Below are positions 11,625 to 25,674 of a stretch of 64,000 nucleotides of DNA, piece by piece. The DNA comes from Scyliorhinus canicula (lineage: Eukaryota). The notes under the pieces are model-generated. The model had not been told where the DNA came from. It did not search any database and worked only from the letters and a program-made list of their open reading frames with translations. Where the stretch lies: contig NC_052158.1 of NCBI RefSeq assembly GCF_902713615.1, positions 13,388,546-13,452,545 of the forward strand, read 5' to 3'. Made by a program: the position numbers and the translations under genes. The stretch's first letter is position 1, and every line of letters starts with the position of its first letter.

Positions 11625-12030
11625 CAAATGGCGGCACAGTGGTTAACATTGTTGCCTCACAGTACCGGGTTCAATTGTGTCCTTGGGAAACTGTCGGTGT
11701 GGAGTTTGCACGCTCTCCCCATTCCTGCGTGGGTTTACTTATGGTGCTCCGGTTTCCTCACACATTCCAAAGGTATGCAGGTTAATAGGGTTGGCCATGA
11801 CAAATTGCCCCTTAGCGTTCCAAAATGTGCAAGTTAGTTGGGGTTGAGGGGAGAGGATGGGGGAGTGGGCCTAGTCAGGGAGCTCAGGGGCCTTCCCCTC
11901 CCAGGGAGGGTGGGGGGCGTCTCCCGCTCTTTCGGAGGATCGGTATTGACTCGACGGGGCCGAAAAGCTTCTTTCTACAAAGTAGGGATCCTATGAAATG
12001 TGTGCTGCATAATTTATATGTATTCCGATT
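11625..12030 (+). mobile_element. HE1-type SINE
   Basis: Head ggcggcacagtggttaac, core gtgtggagtttgcacgctctcccc...gggtttacttatggtgctccggtttcc. Confidence 0.85.
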
Positions 12031-14549
12031 CTAGTCTGCCGTCTTTGGGAGGTGTTTGTTTCGTTGCGAAAGACTCGATTTAATGGCGAAAGCATCCCTT
12101 GAACTCCAATTACAAGTCTGACGGAAAGAAAATGTCGATATATCGGTTTACCGAAGAAGTATGAGAACTCATGCATTTATTTGCACTTTTTTGATTGTCC
12201 GATTTCACTGATTATGCATTTGGGGCAATGCAGTAGAGCATTGAAACGTTACAGCTTTGTACATTTACTGTGCAAAAAAAATATGTGTGAGGCGCAGTTC
12301 CAGCCTATGGGCAACATAAGAAACGTAACAGTGGAGCGTAGCCACACCCTCGTAAGTCACAGTCGTCTGCTGGTGTTGCATTATGTTTCATGATGTGGTT
12401 CAAGACGGTCGACGGGGTCGATACTGTAATCATTTCCGCCGTTACTCCCTACCTCTTATTATTTTGACTTCTGAAATGAACATTGCAGACTTACTTCTTC
12501 AAAGTGAAAAAGGTATTTTATTGGACAATGCAAAGATCCTATGGGAAGCATGCCAAATCTATAGCTTAAATCAAAACCATGCAAGGCATAAGTGGCCGAT
12601 ATATACTTGAACCATATTGTGACGATTGCTGAAAGGTTATCCAGGGTAGGTAGTAATGTGGGGTTGAGGTAAAGGCGGAGCAGGCTCGAATGGCCTACTC
12701 CTGCTCCTAATTGCTATGTAAAATTTGATTTAAATGATAATTATAACATACTTTTTACGTGAACACATATTAAAGGTAGACAATGCTATAATGACTCAAG
12801 TTTAATGCAAAGATCGAAAGCGTAATGAATTCAATCCGGCAATATATAAACTACGGATGACAAAATAATATGCCGAGTGCAACAGATATTTCATTTCTAT
12901 TCTGTAACTTAAGGGTGCTTAAATTTTGCAACGTATTGTAATTTATTTGCCTTTATAGAAATAATTACGATATACTTTCATTATTGTTAACTTTTTTTGC
13001 ATTTCTTTTAAAATTACCGTTTGAAGCTGTTATGAATTGGATGATTACTTGCTCTATTTGCATTGTCGTCACAAATGGGCATCTGTCCCATTTGGATTTC
13101 TATTTAAATTAATCACTAATCTCCTTAAGGTATATTGAAAGTCAATTTTAAAAATTCGTCGTGAAGATTGGAGAAACAAGGCGTGTATCGGTTGCGCCTC
13201 ATCGTTTGATCGCCTTTGCAGTTGTTCCTGGAAAGTGGACACCATCTTACTTACACCAGGCTTGTCTCGAATGCATTGCAAACAGATTGTGTTTCTTGTT
13301 GCTACCCACGTGGCACCCGAGCCACACTGCGTCCAGACTTGGAAATTGTAGCTGTTTGCCCTCCCTTGTGCGTTTTAGCGCACAACGTGGAACCTTCCGT
13401 GCTCTTCGGTTTCCCTATAACAGCACAGAAACCTCTGATTTACTCCGTCCAGTTGAATAGTTTCCCCTGCTGGGATAGGGGTTTGGGGATCGTCAGCAAC
13501 ATTCGGCACCCGCCGCCTTGCTGATTGCTGAGTAAACCACGTTTCTAGATATGTCTCGATCACTATACCAGGGTGGCAGTCGAAGGCTACAAACTAATTA
13601 TGATAAATGTTCCACTTCTGATCGACAGGACACTTGTTTTGCCATTTTATTAACTCGCTGTATTTGCACCTAAAATACCAACAATTATGGAAAATTGAAC
13701 ATTACTCCTCGCAGCAACTTCCCAATATCTGAAAATGTGTCCTCGGTTCTGTTACGGGTAGGCCAGATATGGGCACACAGCCTCTTTCCTAGTCACCTTA
13801 GCCAATGGAAACATTGATAAATAGTCCTTCGGCAGTTTTCTTCATTATTTACAGTGCAGATTTGTGGCGATCCATGATACCAGTCAACCTAAAACAAACT
13901 AAGCATGGGTCAAACCTATCTTGCCAAATTGTACACCCAGCCAGTTTAACTGTTTGGCCCCTTGTTCCGCACTGTAAACAATTACTGTTTGTCGATGTGC
14001 AATTTGTCAATGTACTCTGTCGATTATTCTTTTTTTGACCACTATGTATGTACTGTCTACGGCCCCTTGGCCGCAGAAAAATAATTTTCACTGTACATCG
14101 GTACATGTGGCAATAAATCAAATCATATCTAATCAAATCAACCCTTTGGCACTAAACATCCCTGTTCCTCCACAAAGGTGGGCGTATTCAAAATGCAGCA
14201 GGTGTGACCCTTTGGTTAATACTCATTTCAGCTGGTAGGTTTGCCGGATCCAGTCCACCAGAATTTACAGAAGGCGTTGAAAACCCTTTAGGAGTACGTA
14301 ACTGTCCGAAAAGGAGATTCATTGGGTGCAATGTCGCTTTCAGATACCGTACAAGGAAGTTCCGCTCAACTGTTTTCGTTTTATGTCATGTTGGTTGATC
14401 GTGCTGCTGAAAGGGTAGTGAAACTAAATGGTGGGGAAGTCCAGCCGGTACTAAATGACTCATCATTCCGTGTTCATGTACATGTCGTGCATTATGGTAA
14501 AGTGTGGACACGCACGTCATTGCTAACTGTTATATAGTCTGTTTTTCTG

Positions 14550-14815
14550 CCAAGCACAGTGGTTACTTCACAGCGCCAGGATCCCAGGTTCGATTCTCGC
14601 TTGGGTCACTGTCTGTGCGGAGTCTGCACGTTCTCCCCGTGTCTGCGTGGGTTTCCTCCGGGTGCTCCAGCTCCCAGAAGACGTGCTGTGAGGTGAATTG
14701 GATATTCCGAATTCTCCCTCTGTGTACCGAAAATGCGCCGGAATGTGGCGATTAGGGGATTTTCACAGTAACTTCATTGCAGTGTTAATGCACGCCTATT
14801 TGTGACATTCAACAT
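14550..14815 (+). mobile_element. HE1-related SINE with the alternative cacagtaacttcatt tail
   Basis: tRNA head, V-core, and the tail shared with the 18605 family. Confidence 0.8.
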
Positions 14816-14984
14816 TGTTATAAAGATTATGATAAATGTTCCCTGAATAAACATGAGCGGATATTTGTCACCTGCTATTTCCCCGTAGCCAAATTTTCTG
14901 ATATGCATGGTGAACCCTTGAAGCAAATATAACAATTGTAAATGATACATTCAAGGTTAATATTTATCTATTTTGTTGGCTGAA

Positions 14985-17655
14985 CATAGAAAACATGGAA
15001 AACAATAGGATCACGAGGAAGCCATTCGGCCCTTCAAGCCCGCTCCGCCATTCACTATGATCATGGTTGATCTTCCAACTCCATAGCCTAATGCCGCTTC
15101 CCCTGTATCCTTTTGATCCCCTTCGCCCTAAGTGGTGTATATAACTGCGTCTTGAAACCATACAATGTTTTGGACTCAACGACTTCCTGTGGTAACGAAT
15201 TCCACCGGCTCACCACTCTCGGGGTGAAGGAATTTCTCCTAATCTCTGTCCTAAATTATCTTCCCCATATCCTCAGCCTGTGACCTCTGGCTCTGGACAC
15301 ACCCACCACCGGGTACATCCTTCCTCTCCAGTCCTGTTATAATTTTATAGGTCTGTATGAGATCCCCCCTCATTCTTCTGAGCACCAGCGAATACAATCC
15401 TAACCGATTCAGTCTCTCCTCGTATGTTAGTACTGCCATTCCAAGAATCAGTCTGGTAAACCCTTGCTGCACTCACTCTACAGCTAGAACATCATTCTTG
15501 AGATAAAGAGACCAAAACGGCACACAATATTCCAGCTGCGACCTCACTAGGCCCTGTAAAATTGCAGCAAGACATCCCTGCTCCTGCACTCGAAGCCTCT
15601 CACAATGAAGTTCAGCATACCATTTGCCTTCTTTAGCGCCTGCTGCACCTGCATGCGCACCTTCAGTGACTGGTGTACGTGGATATACATGCCTCGTTGC
15701 ATGTTCCCCTCTCCTAATTTATGGTCATTCAGATAATAGTCTGCCTTCTTGATTTTCCTACCAAAGTGGTAAACTCACATTTATGCAAATCATACTGCAT
15801 CTGCCATTCATTTGCCCACATACTCAACTTGTCCAAATCATACTGACGGATTTCTGCATCCTCCTCACCGCTCACCCTCCTATTCAACTTCGTATCATCT
15901 GCAAATTTGAAGATTTGCCATTTTGTTCCCTCATCTAAATCATTACTATATATATTGTGAGTAGCTGAGATCCTAGCACCGATCCCTGTGGTATCCCACA
16001 AGTGACTGCCTGACAATTTGAAAAAGATGCGTCAATTCCTACCGTTTGTTTGCTGCCTGTCAACCAGCTTTCTAACCATCTCAACACATTACCCTCAATC
16101 CCATGTGCTTTAATGCGACACACTTCTTTTATGTCGCATTTTGTCAAAAGCCTTCTGAAAGTCCAAATACACCACATCAATTGGTTCCCCTTCATCAATT
16201 CTATTAGTTATATCCTCGAAGAATTTCAGTAGATCTTTTAAACATGATTTCCCCTTCATAAATCCATGCTGATGCTGTATGATTCTGACAGTTTTCTCAG
16301 CCTTTGAGAATGGATTCTAGAATTTTCCTGCTACTGACGTCAGGCTTCCTGGTGTGTAATTGCCTGATTTCTCTCTACCTCCCTTTTTTAAATGGTACAA
16401 TCTGCAGGAACTGATCCGCAGTCATTAGAATTCTGGATGATGACCACCAATGCACCCACTATTTACCAAACGACCTCCTTCAGTACCCTGGGATGTAGCT
16501 TTTCAGGCCCTGTGGATTTATCAGCCTTCAGTCCCATCAATTTCCCCATCACCATTTCTCTACTGACATTGATCACCTTCAGTTCCTCCTTCTCAATAAA
16601 CCCTCCACGCCCCAACATTTCCAGTATCTTATTTGTGTCCAGATTTGTGAAGACAGAAGCAAAGTACGTATTTAGTTGCTCAGTCGTTTCTTTGTCCCCT
16701 ATAATACATTACCCTGTTTCTGACTGTAAGCGAACTACATTTGTCTTCGCCAATCTTTTTCTCATCACGTCCCTTTAGAAACTTTTACTGTCAATTTTTA
16801 TGTTCGCCGCAAGCTTACTTTCGTACTCTATTAACCTCTTCTTAATCAATCCCTTGGTCATTCTTTGCTGAATTCTGAACAACTCCTAACCCACAGACCT
16901 GTTGCTTTTCTTGATCAATATATATGCTATTTCCTTGGATTGTGTACTATATCTAATTTTTCTTGCAAGCCATCCATTGGCCACCTTTCCCATTTTACAT
17001 TTGTGACAGACAGAATAAACAATTTTTGTAGCTCCTCTATGCGCTCTTTGACTGTTTTCCATTGTCTATTCACTGTCATCCCTCCAAGTAACGTTCTCCA
17101 ATCGGTTATAGCCACCTCACGCCTCATTTTATCGCAGTTTCCTTTGTTGAGATTCAGGACCCTAGTCTCAGCATCAAATATTTCACTCTCCATCTTGATG
17201 AAACATTCTTTCATATTATGGTCGTTCAGCTCCAAAGGGTCTATCGCAACTAGGTTGCCAATGACTCCATTCTCATTACACAGTTCCCAGTATAGGATAA
17301 TGTTTTCTCCAGTTGGCTCCTCAACATATTGATCCAGAAAATCATCCGGCATACAGTAAGAATTCCTCCTTTATGTTATTGTGGCTAATTTGATTTTCCC
17401 AAACTATATCCATATTAAAATCACCCATAATTACAGTTGTTCCTTTGTCACATGCGTCTCTAATTTCCTGTTCAATGCGATTCTGAACAACATTACTGTA
17501 GTTTGTGGGTCTATAAATGATGCCCACTAATGTTTTTTGCTTCATGCTGTTTCTGAGCTCTACCCATAAAGATTCTGCATTGTGGTGCTAATGTCCTCCC
17601 TCAGTATTGAGTTAATTTTCTCCTTGACCATCAATGCAACCCCACAGCCCTTTCC
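14985..17655 (-). mobile_element. CR1-clade LINE, degenerate ORF2 (EN+RT)
   Basis: ORF fragments GIPQGSVLGSQL, KFADDTKL, LVGIIYRPTN, MGDFN and RRMRGDLIQTYKII. Typical 3' tail at the left end. Confidence 0.92.
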
Positions 17656-17659
17656 CTGT

Positions 17660-20600
17660 TTACAGAATCACAGAAATTACAGTGCAGAAGAGGCGTTTCA
17701 GCCCATCTTGGCTGAACCGCCACATGAAAAGCACCTGATGATCCTAATCTCATTTTCCAGCATTTGGCCCATAGCTCCGAATGTTAAGACGTGCCAAGTG
17801 ATCATCCAGGTATTTGTTAAAGGATGAGACGCAATCCGCATCTACCACCCTACCAGGCACTGTGTTACAGACCGTCACCATCCTCTGGGGAAAAAAGCTT
17901 TGCCTCAAATCGCGTCTGAACCTCCCATCCCTCAACTTGAACTTGTGTCAGCTCGTCACTGACCCTTCAACTAAGGGAACAGCTGTTACTTATCCACCCT
18001 GGCCATGCCCCTCAGATCACCCCTCAACCTTCTCTGCTCCAGCGATAACAACCCAAGCCTATCCAACCTCTCTTCATAACTTAGATGTTCCATTTCAGGC
18101 AGCATCCTGGTGAAACGCCTCTGCAACCTCTCCAGTGCAATCACATCCTTCCTATAATATGGCCAGAACTACACACAGAACTGCAGCTGTGGCCCCACCA
18201 ATGTTCTACATAACTCCAACACGACGTCCTTGATTTTGTAATGTATGCCAAGATTGATAAAGGCAGGTGTACCATATGCCCTTTTCACCACCCTATTAAC
18301 CTGCACTTTTGCCTTCAGATATCTACTTACAAACACACAGAAGTCTCTTTGTTCCTCAGGACTTCCCAGTGTGGTGCCATTCATTGAATATTTCCTTGCC
18401 AAATTGTTCCTTCCAAAGTGTAACACATCACACTTTTCAGGATGAAATTCCATCTGACACTTTTCTGCCAATTTAACCATCCCGTCTATGTCTTCCTGAA
18501 ACCCAAGTCTCGCAACCTCACTGTTAACCACCGGGCAATATTTGTGTTATACGCAAACTTACTGATCCTACCCCACATAATCATCGAAGTAATTTATATA
18601 AATGACGGGGCTGTTTAGCTCACAGGGCTAAATCGCTGGCTTTGAAAGCAGACCAAGGCAAGCCAGCAGCACGGTTCGATTCCCGTAACAGCCTCCCCGA
18701 ACAGGCGCCGGAATGTGTCGACTAGGGGCTTTTCACAGTAACTTCATTTGAAGCCTACTCGTGACAATAAGCGATTTTCATTTTTCATTTCAGAATAGAG
18801 GAACAAGCACTGTGGTACACCTTGGGCACTGGCTCCCAGTCACTAAAGCAACCACCTGTCACCACCCTCTATTTGCTAAAGCTCAGACAGATTTGAATCA
18901 CCTTATCAAGATTCTCTGCATCTTATGTGCATTTGCCTTCTTTATAAATCTCCCATGTGGGACCTTGTCAAATGCTTTGCTGTAAGTCATGTAAACTGCA
19001 GCAACTGCATTATCTTCATCGATACACTTAGTCACATGCTCAGAATATACAATCATATTTGTAAGTCATGACCTCCCTCTGACAAAGCCATGCTGATTAT
19101 TCCTGATCAAACCTTTTCTCTCCAAGTGGAGATAGAGTCCCTCCTTCAGAATTATCTCCATTAGTTTCCCGACCACTGACGTGAGACTGCCTGGCCTGTA
19201 GTTCCCTGGCTTATCCCTACAGCCTTTCTTAAATAGTGGGACCACATTAGTTGTTCTTCAGTCCTCTGCAATCTTCCCGTGACCAGAGAAGAATTAACAA
19301 ATTGGATCAGGGCCCCTGAAATCTCCGCCCTCGCCTCCCACAGCAATCTGGGACACAATTTGTCCAGTCCTGGTGATTTCTCCACTTTTAAGCTTGCCAA
19401 CACCTCTAATACCTTGTCCCGAAGACAATTTGCTCAATAAACTCACAGTCTCTCTCCCCGAGTTCCATATCTGCCTCCTCATTCCTTTGGCTGAAGACAG
19501 ATGTGAAATATTAATTTAACACACTACCAATGTCCTCTGGCCCCACCAACAGCGTCCCCCTTGGTCCATAATGGGCCCTACTTTTCCGGAGTTATCTTCT
19601 TACCATTGATAAACTTATACAATTCACTGGGATGCTCCCTACTTTTACCAGCTAGAGATTCATCATATTCCCTCTTTGCTCTCCTAGTTGCTTCTTAAGC
19701 TCCACCCTGCACCTTCTGTACTCCAGAAATGCCTCTGTTGATTTGTTCCCTTTGTACTTACTAAAAGCGTCTCTCTTTCTTCTCGTTGAATCCTGAATAT
19801 CTCTACTCATCCATGGTTCTCTGGGCTCTTACCTCCTTCCCAATTCACTAGACGGAACATATTGGGCCTGTACGCTCCTCATATCCTCTTTGAACACCCA
19901 CCACTACTCTTCTGTAGATCTCCCCACCAGTAACTTGTTCCAATCTACCTTGTCCGGATCATGCCTTATTTTACTAAAGTCTGCTCTCCCCCAATCCAAG
20001 ACCTTATTCTGCCACTTGTGTATTTCCTTGTCCATAACAAACTTAAATTGCACCAGGTTGTGGTCGCTATCACTAAAATGTTCCGCCAACATCACATCAA
20101 CCATCTGTCTGGCTTCACTCCAGAATTATGTGCAGCAATGCGCCATCCCTTGTTGGGCACATATTAATCTAAAAGGTTCTCTTGTGTACATTTTACGAGC
20201 TCTGCTCCATCTAAGCCCTCAACACAATGACTATCCCAGTTCATATTGGCTAAGTTGAATTCACCCACTATAATTACACTATTATTTTTCTTACACGCTT
20301 CTGAAAATTACGCACATAACATCTGTCTATGGTGCTTTTCGCCATCTGCATGCTCTTAAGCGCATCCAACTGCTCCTCAATCGAACTATGCTTGACCCTA
20401 GCATCAAGGAGCCAACATACCATCTTGGAGTCTTGTTTGCGGCTACAGAAATGCCTATTTATTTGCCTCACAGCTGAATACCCTATAGATATTGCATTCT
20501 CACGTGTTTTATTCTTTTCCTCTGCAGCAGAACCAGCGTGGTGTAACGAATTTCTCTGCTGCTGCTTTCCCTTGTGAGTTCTTTCCTCTCAACAGTATTG

Positions 20601-21530
20601 ACAGCGGTATATCTGTTTTGCACGTGAATGGCCACAGGAGATTCCTGCACTGCCTGCCTAGCTCTCTTGTTCTGCCTGGTGGTCACCCATTCCCTTCCTG
20701 CCCATGGAGTTTGAGCCTGCGGTGTGTCCACCTCTATACGTGCTATCCACGACACTATCGGTTTCACCGATGCTCCACAGTGTCTCCAGCCTCCACTCCA
20801 GCTCCGAATCCCGGGATTCCAGGAGCTGGAGACTCTTCCTGCATACATTCTGGTCCCGGCCACTGGGAATGTTCCTGGCTTCCCACATGCAGCAGGAGGA
20901 GCAAACCATGGCTTTGGGATCCCCTGCCATTTGTAACCCTTCAAATTAAACCTTTAGAAAATACTTAATAGCAGATTATATCTAGTTCACAAGGCCCCTA
21001 CTTTTCTTTCCTTGATAACTACCAATTGGAGCCCTTGAAAATTATGAACCACAAGACGGATTTTCAAACCATTAAAGTGATAGAAGTTGTAAAGACTTTC
21101 CGACCTTTCCCACTACTTACCAATCAGTTCACTCTCTTGCAGCTTCTTCTCCCAGTTCAATCTAACTCCCTAATTTCGCCTAACTCGGAAGCACTCTCAC
21201 TCAGCCACCCAGCACTCAGTGCAGACAAGTAAGCTTTAGACAGCTCTGCTTTTATAGGTTTCAAATTACAATGCTCTGCAAGTGGTTTGAACCAGTTGCA
21301 CAATTAACCTGCCAGAGCTAAAGTTGAGTGTAACTCAGCTGACAACTGTTTCAGGAATGCAACTAACTAAAGTGCAGCTTTCAATGACCCAAATAAAGAA
21401 CTAATTGAACTAACCCTGAAAGCAAATTCAATTACTACTTACCTTCTTATAACCCACCACTTGAACTCACTGTTTCCAGCCAAGCCCGAAAGCACTCTCA
21501 CTCAGCCAAACAGCACTCAGTGCAGATGAT
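17660..21530 (-). mobile_element. CR1-clade LINE, near full length (5'UTR, ORF1, ORF2), degenerate
   Basis: ORF1 N-terminus VCSSCCMWE (20658-20930), esterase-like MVCWLLDARVK, EN SDSDHNLVQF, RT KSPGLD and FHPEKCDVLHFGR. Confidence 0.9.
18605..18792 (+). mobile_element. Complete young tRNA-derived SINE inserted in CR1
   Basis: A-box-like ggggctgtttagctcac, B-box ggttcgattccc and a (tttca)n tail. Confidence 0.9.
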
Positions 21531-22379
21531 TCTGACCAATATGAGATCATGGTAATGAATTTAAATTAATGCTCTTCCCTACAAGATTTTTCAACACATG
21601 TTCTTTAATTTTCAAAATTAAACCGAGTTCAATATATGTTATTTTTTGAACATTAGCTGGCCTGCACGGGTGTTTAGACCAACAGCGTACCAACACTGGG
21701 CTTTTATTTCTCCCCACCGAATGGTGCACAGGGCATCTGTTCCCATAAGAAGGTATTTTTTTCTCCCGGAACATGTCACTCGACTGGTCATTGATGTTGA
21801 GGGGCTCCAATTCTCATGAAGCATGATAAAAGATTGAACAAAAAGAAAATTATTTGTTCAAACGTACATTTGAAGCATGGCTGACCAGGCACCTCTCCTT
21901 CTCCGATTGCTTCATTGGAAAAGACACATAAATGCAAACTCCTTAACCATCGTGGCGTATGTCAGACTCGAATGCAGCACTCCTGGATCAAAGGAACGGG
22001 CGCTACACACTACACCATAAGATCTTGAAAACGCTCGCGGTTCATTGCACTTATATTGTTCATCCTCCCAAAATGCACTTACACGCTTGTCCTCGGGCTT
22101 GCTATCGGGCTTTGTCGTCGAACTGTCAGTGATTAGAATTTGAAAAGAGACACAGTTCGGCTTATGACGTGCAACACCTTGTATGGTTGCCCTCTCTGTT
22201 TGGGAATTGTAAATACACTTTTCTAGCATGGCTGCTGAAAGTGATTCTGTATTGTGAGTTTTCTATTAGTGACCGGCAATGGATATTGAACCACTGTGAA
22301 CATGGAAACCAAACGAGTATCTTCTTAATCCATCAATCTGAAGAATCTTTACTGGGATGCCGAGTCTGAATCAGGGAGC

Positions 22380-25300
22380 GTAAAGTCATAAAGACATTTG
22401 CAGCACGTATTCGGTGCATCATGTATGCGCCGATCATTCAACACCTATCTATTCTAATCCCATTTTCCAGCACTTGGCCCGTAGCTTTGTATGCTGTGGA
22501 GTTTCAAGTGCTGAAGGAAATGCTTCCATAATGTGAGGGTTCCCAACTTTACCATACTTTCACGCAGTGAATTCCAAGCTCCCGTCACCCTCTGGGTTGA
22601 AACGTTTTCTCTCAAATCCCCAGTAAATATTCTGCCCTGTACCTTAAATCTATGCCCCTGGTTGTTAACCCCTCACCTAAGGGGGAAAGTTTATTCCTAT
22701 CTACGCTATCTATCACCCTCATGATTTTGTACATCTCAATCAGGTCCCCCTTTAGATTTCTCTGTTCTGAGGAGAACAACCCCTGTCTATCCAACCGTTA
22801 TTGATAGCGGAAACGTTCAGCCCTGGTAACATTTTGGTGCATCTCCTCTGCAACCTTTCTCGTGCAATCACATCCTTCCTCTAGTGTGGCGAACAGAACT
22901 GTACACATTATTCCAGTTATTGCCTATCCTGCATTTTATTCAGCTATATCATAATCTCCATGCTCTTATATTCCATGCCTCTGCTAATAAAGTCAAGTAT
23001 CCTAATTGCCTTCTTAACCATATTATCTACCAGTCCTGCTGCCTTCATGGACCTCGGGTCAAACACCCTCACGTCCCTCCGTCATCTGTACATCCGAGCG
23101 TCCTACCGTTCATTATTCACACCCCCCCCCCCCCCCCATAATCTATCACCTCAAACATTTTCAGGGTTAAATTTTATTTCCAACAGCCCTGCCCATCTGA
23201 CCAGCCCATCTACATCGCCATGTAATCTAAGACTTTCCTCCTCACCAGCATTTTAGTGCCACCTGGAATTTACCAATCCCGCCACCTAATTGCCTAGATC
23301 ACTAACGTGCGCTACAAACATCTAGGATGCCTGCGGAACACCACTGATACTGGCTTCCAATAACAACAACATTCGACCATTTCCCACTGCTCCTTAGCAC
23401 TCAGCCAATTTTGGATCGAATTTTCCTCATTCTTCTCCCAATTCAGAACCTTTATTTCCGGTCTATCATTGTCCTTTTTCCATAACTGCTTTAAATCTTA
23501 CTGAGTTATGGTCACTATCGCCGTAATACTTCCCCGCTGACATGTCTACCACCTTCCCGGCTTCGTTCCCTGAAACATGGTCAACTACTCCCCGTTCTTT
23601 TGTAGGAATACCTATTAGCTGGCTCAAAGCCTCTCCTGTATGCACTTTAAAAATTCTGCCCCCTCTAAGACTTTCACATACTGACTATATCGATTAATAT
23701 TGGGGAAGTTGAAATCTAAATTATTAATTGAGAAGCTTGCTAACATATCATCTCTCCCCATTGCAGTAATTGTCTCCTTGATCAATATTGCAAAACCAAC
23801 TCCTGTTTCATACCTCCATCCCAGTCTCTATACCCTGGATATTGAGCTGTCAACCCTGCCCCTCCCTCTTCCATGTCTTTGTGACAGCAATAATATAATT
23901 CTCTCAAGTGTTAATCAACGGCCTCAATTCGTTGGTCTTACCCATACGACTCCTTGCATTAAAAATTCTATCCTGCCTTGCCATAGTGTCTTGTGCTAAA
24001 TTAGGTTTAAACCGTAGTGTCCACCCATCTCACCCGCAACAGAACCAGCAAACCTCTCCACAAGGACAATGTTCCCGTTCAGATTCGGGTGAAACCCGTC
24101 CAAGCTAGTCAGGTCCCACCTTCCTCATAAAGGAACCCAGTAGTTCAGGAAACTAAAGCCCTAGCTCAGATTCCATCGATTCAGCCACGATCCATGTGCT
24201 CGGTTCTATTCCAGAACTCACTAGTAGGTGGCACCGGGAATATTCCAAAGATGGCAACCTTGCATAGCTCCGTAAATATTTGCTGCAGGACCTCATGGCT
24301 CTTTCTGTCTATGTCGTTGGTAACAGTGTTAACCACATATCTGACTGGTCACCGCCCCTCCCTCTCACACACACCCTTCAGATACCCTGCAGCAGTTAAG
24401 TGACATTCTTGAGACTGACACCAAGGAGGCCGCACACCACCCTGGAGTCATGTCTGCAGCCACCGAAATGCACGTCTGCACCCCTCATTATTGAACCGCC
24501 TACTATTATTGCTCTTGCACTCTTCCCCTTCCTCCCTTGCGCAATTGAGCCACCGATAATTTTGTGAATTTAGCTCTGGCTGCACTCCTCAGAGGTACCG
24601 TCACTTTCACCGTTTTCAAACACAGAATGTTGCAGTCGCATGGTCAGCTCTCAACAGTGCCTCAGGGGCTGAACCACAGCAATACACATTTTGAAGTTTA
24701 AAATAGTGCCGAACGATCGATTCATTCCAGAAGTGATAATATAAGAAACAGGGCTTGGTTAATTTACAAACAAACTTCATTGATAGAAAAGAAAACAATA
24801 TTTAAACATGCAATCGTCAACCCTAATAATAACACATCACAAGCAGTGTCTTCAGTTTCTTAACCTTAACACACTAGTTCTCATTAGACAACAGTGTAAC
24901 AGAACATGCAGCTTTCATGCCACTTCCACGGGTAGACACAGGCAATATTTGAATTTACGAAGCAATTTCTTTCTGGTAGCGACATTGATGAACCTTTTAC
25001 CCAAAGCTTGCCTCGCTGCCAAAGTCAATGGCCTTCTCGGTCAATTTCCAAAGCCACCTTTCAGTAATTGTTCAAAACAGCATCCCGTCTCTCTCTCAGT
25101 TTCTAAGCTCCTTCCAGCCCCTCAAACAAAGGCTCACTCTCCTGCAGTGCCAAGATTCTGATGCATCACGGTTCTGTTGGTTATTTGATTTCCCGCTCTT
25201 GTTTTTACACAGAACACAACTATGCTATTGATATGCAAGTAATCTCTCATTGGCTGACAAAGATTCTATCAGACTATGGGCTAATAGCTGCTCAGCCAAG

Positions 25301-25660
25301 TGTCCCGAAAGACAATTGATCTCGAGTGAAACACCCTTGCTGATCAGGGCCATCCTGTGTATTCCCACGAGCGAGTTTGGGTCTCGATGGGTCAATGTAA
25401 TCCAGCCAGGTGTGGGCGCAGCCCTGTGAATCTGTGCCAGCAGTGTTTTCCTCCTCAGTCTGTTTACCTCAGTAAGTTACCTGCTGCATGGTGACATACG
25501 TATGCACGCAATTTCCTAAAATCTCCCTTGCGTGACACGAATAACAGTTCATGAGTAAGATACACTCTGGGACTTTCCTGATTGCATCCTTGCCTCCTTT
25601 TCCTGACTGATGGTCACCAATTTCTTCTCTGACTGCACTTCCTTAAGACCAGGTCTAAAG
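22380..25660 (-). mobile_element. Internally deleted CR1 LINE, split by a putative solo LTR
   Basis: CR1 3' RT motifs (LKGDLIEMYKIMRVID, ORF 22612-22794). EN/ORF1-like remnants at 23400-24620, and an ORF1-like piece resumes at about 25550-25660. Confidence 0.75.
24735..25546 (-). mobile_element. Putative solo LTR
   Basis: About 0.8 kb non-coding block interrupting CR1. It reads TGTTA at its start on the minus strand and has a polyA-like signal near the other end. Confidence 0.45.
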
Positions 25661-25674
25661 ATAGGTTATCAAAA

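Noticed and set aside
12495-12538. Minus-strand 44-nt exon candidate (GSLHCPIKYLFHFEE)
   Set aside because: It is isolated, and a second candidate only about 20 bp away is mutually incompatible. Such sites are expected by chance.
18605-18690. tRNA-like sequences (also at the heads of the HE1 copies)
   Set aside because: They are SINE heads continuous with SINE bodies and tails, not tRNA genes.
21912-22229. ORF with a superficial resemblance to a TCR-alpha constant domain (C..SQT, ITD, W..C)
   Set aside because: The first Cys would lie only about 6 residues after the nearest phase-1 acceptor, a stop lies just upstream, and no TM exon follows. Probably chance.
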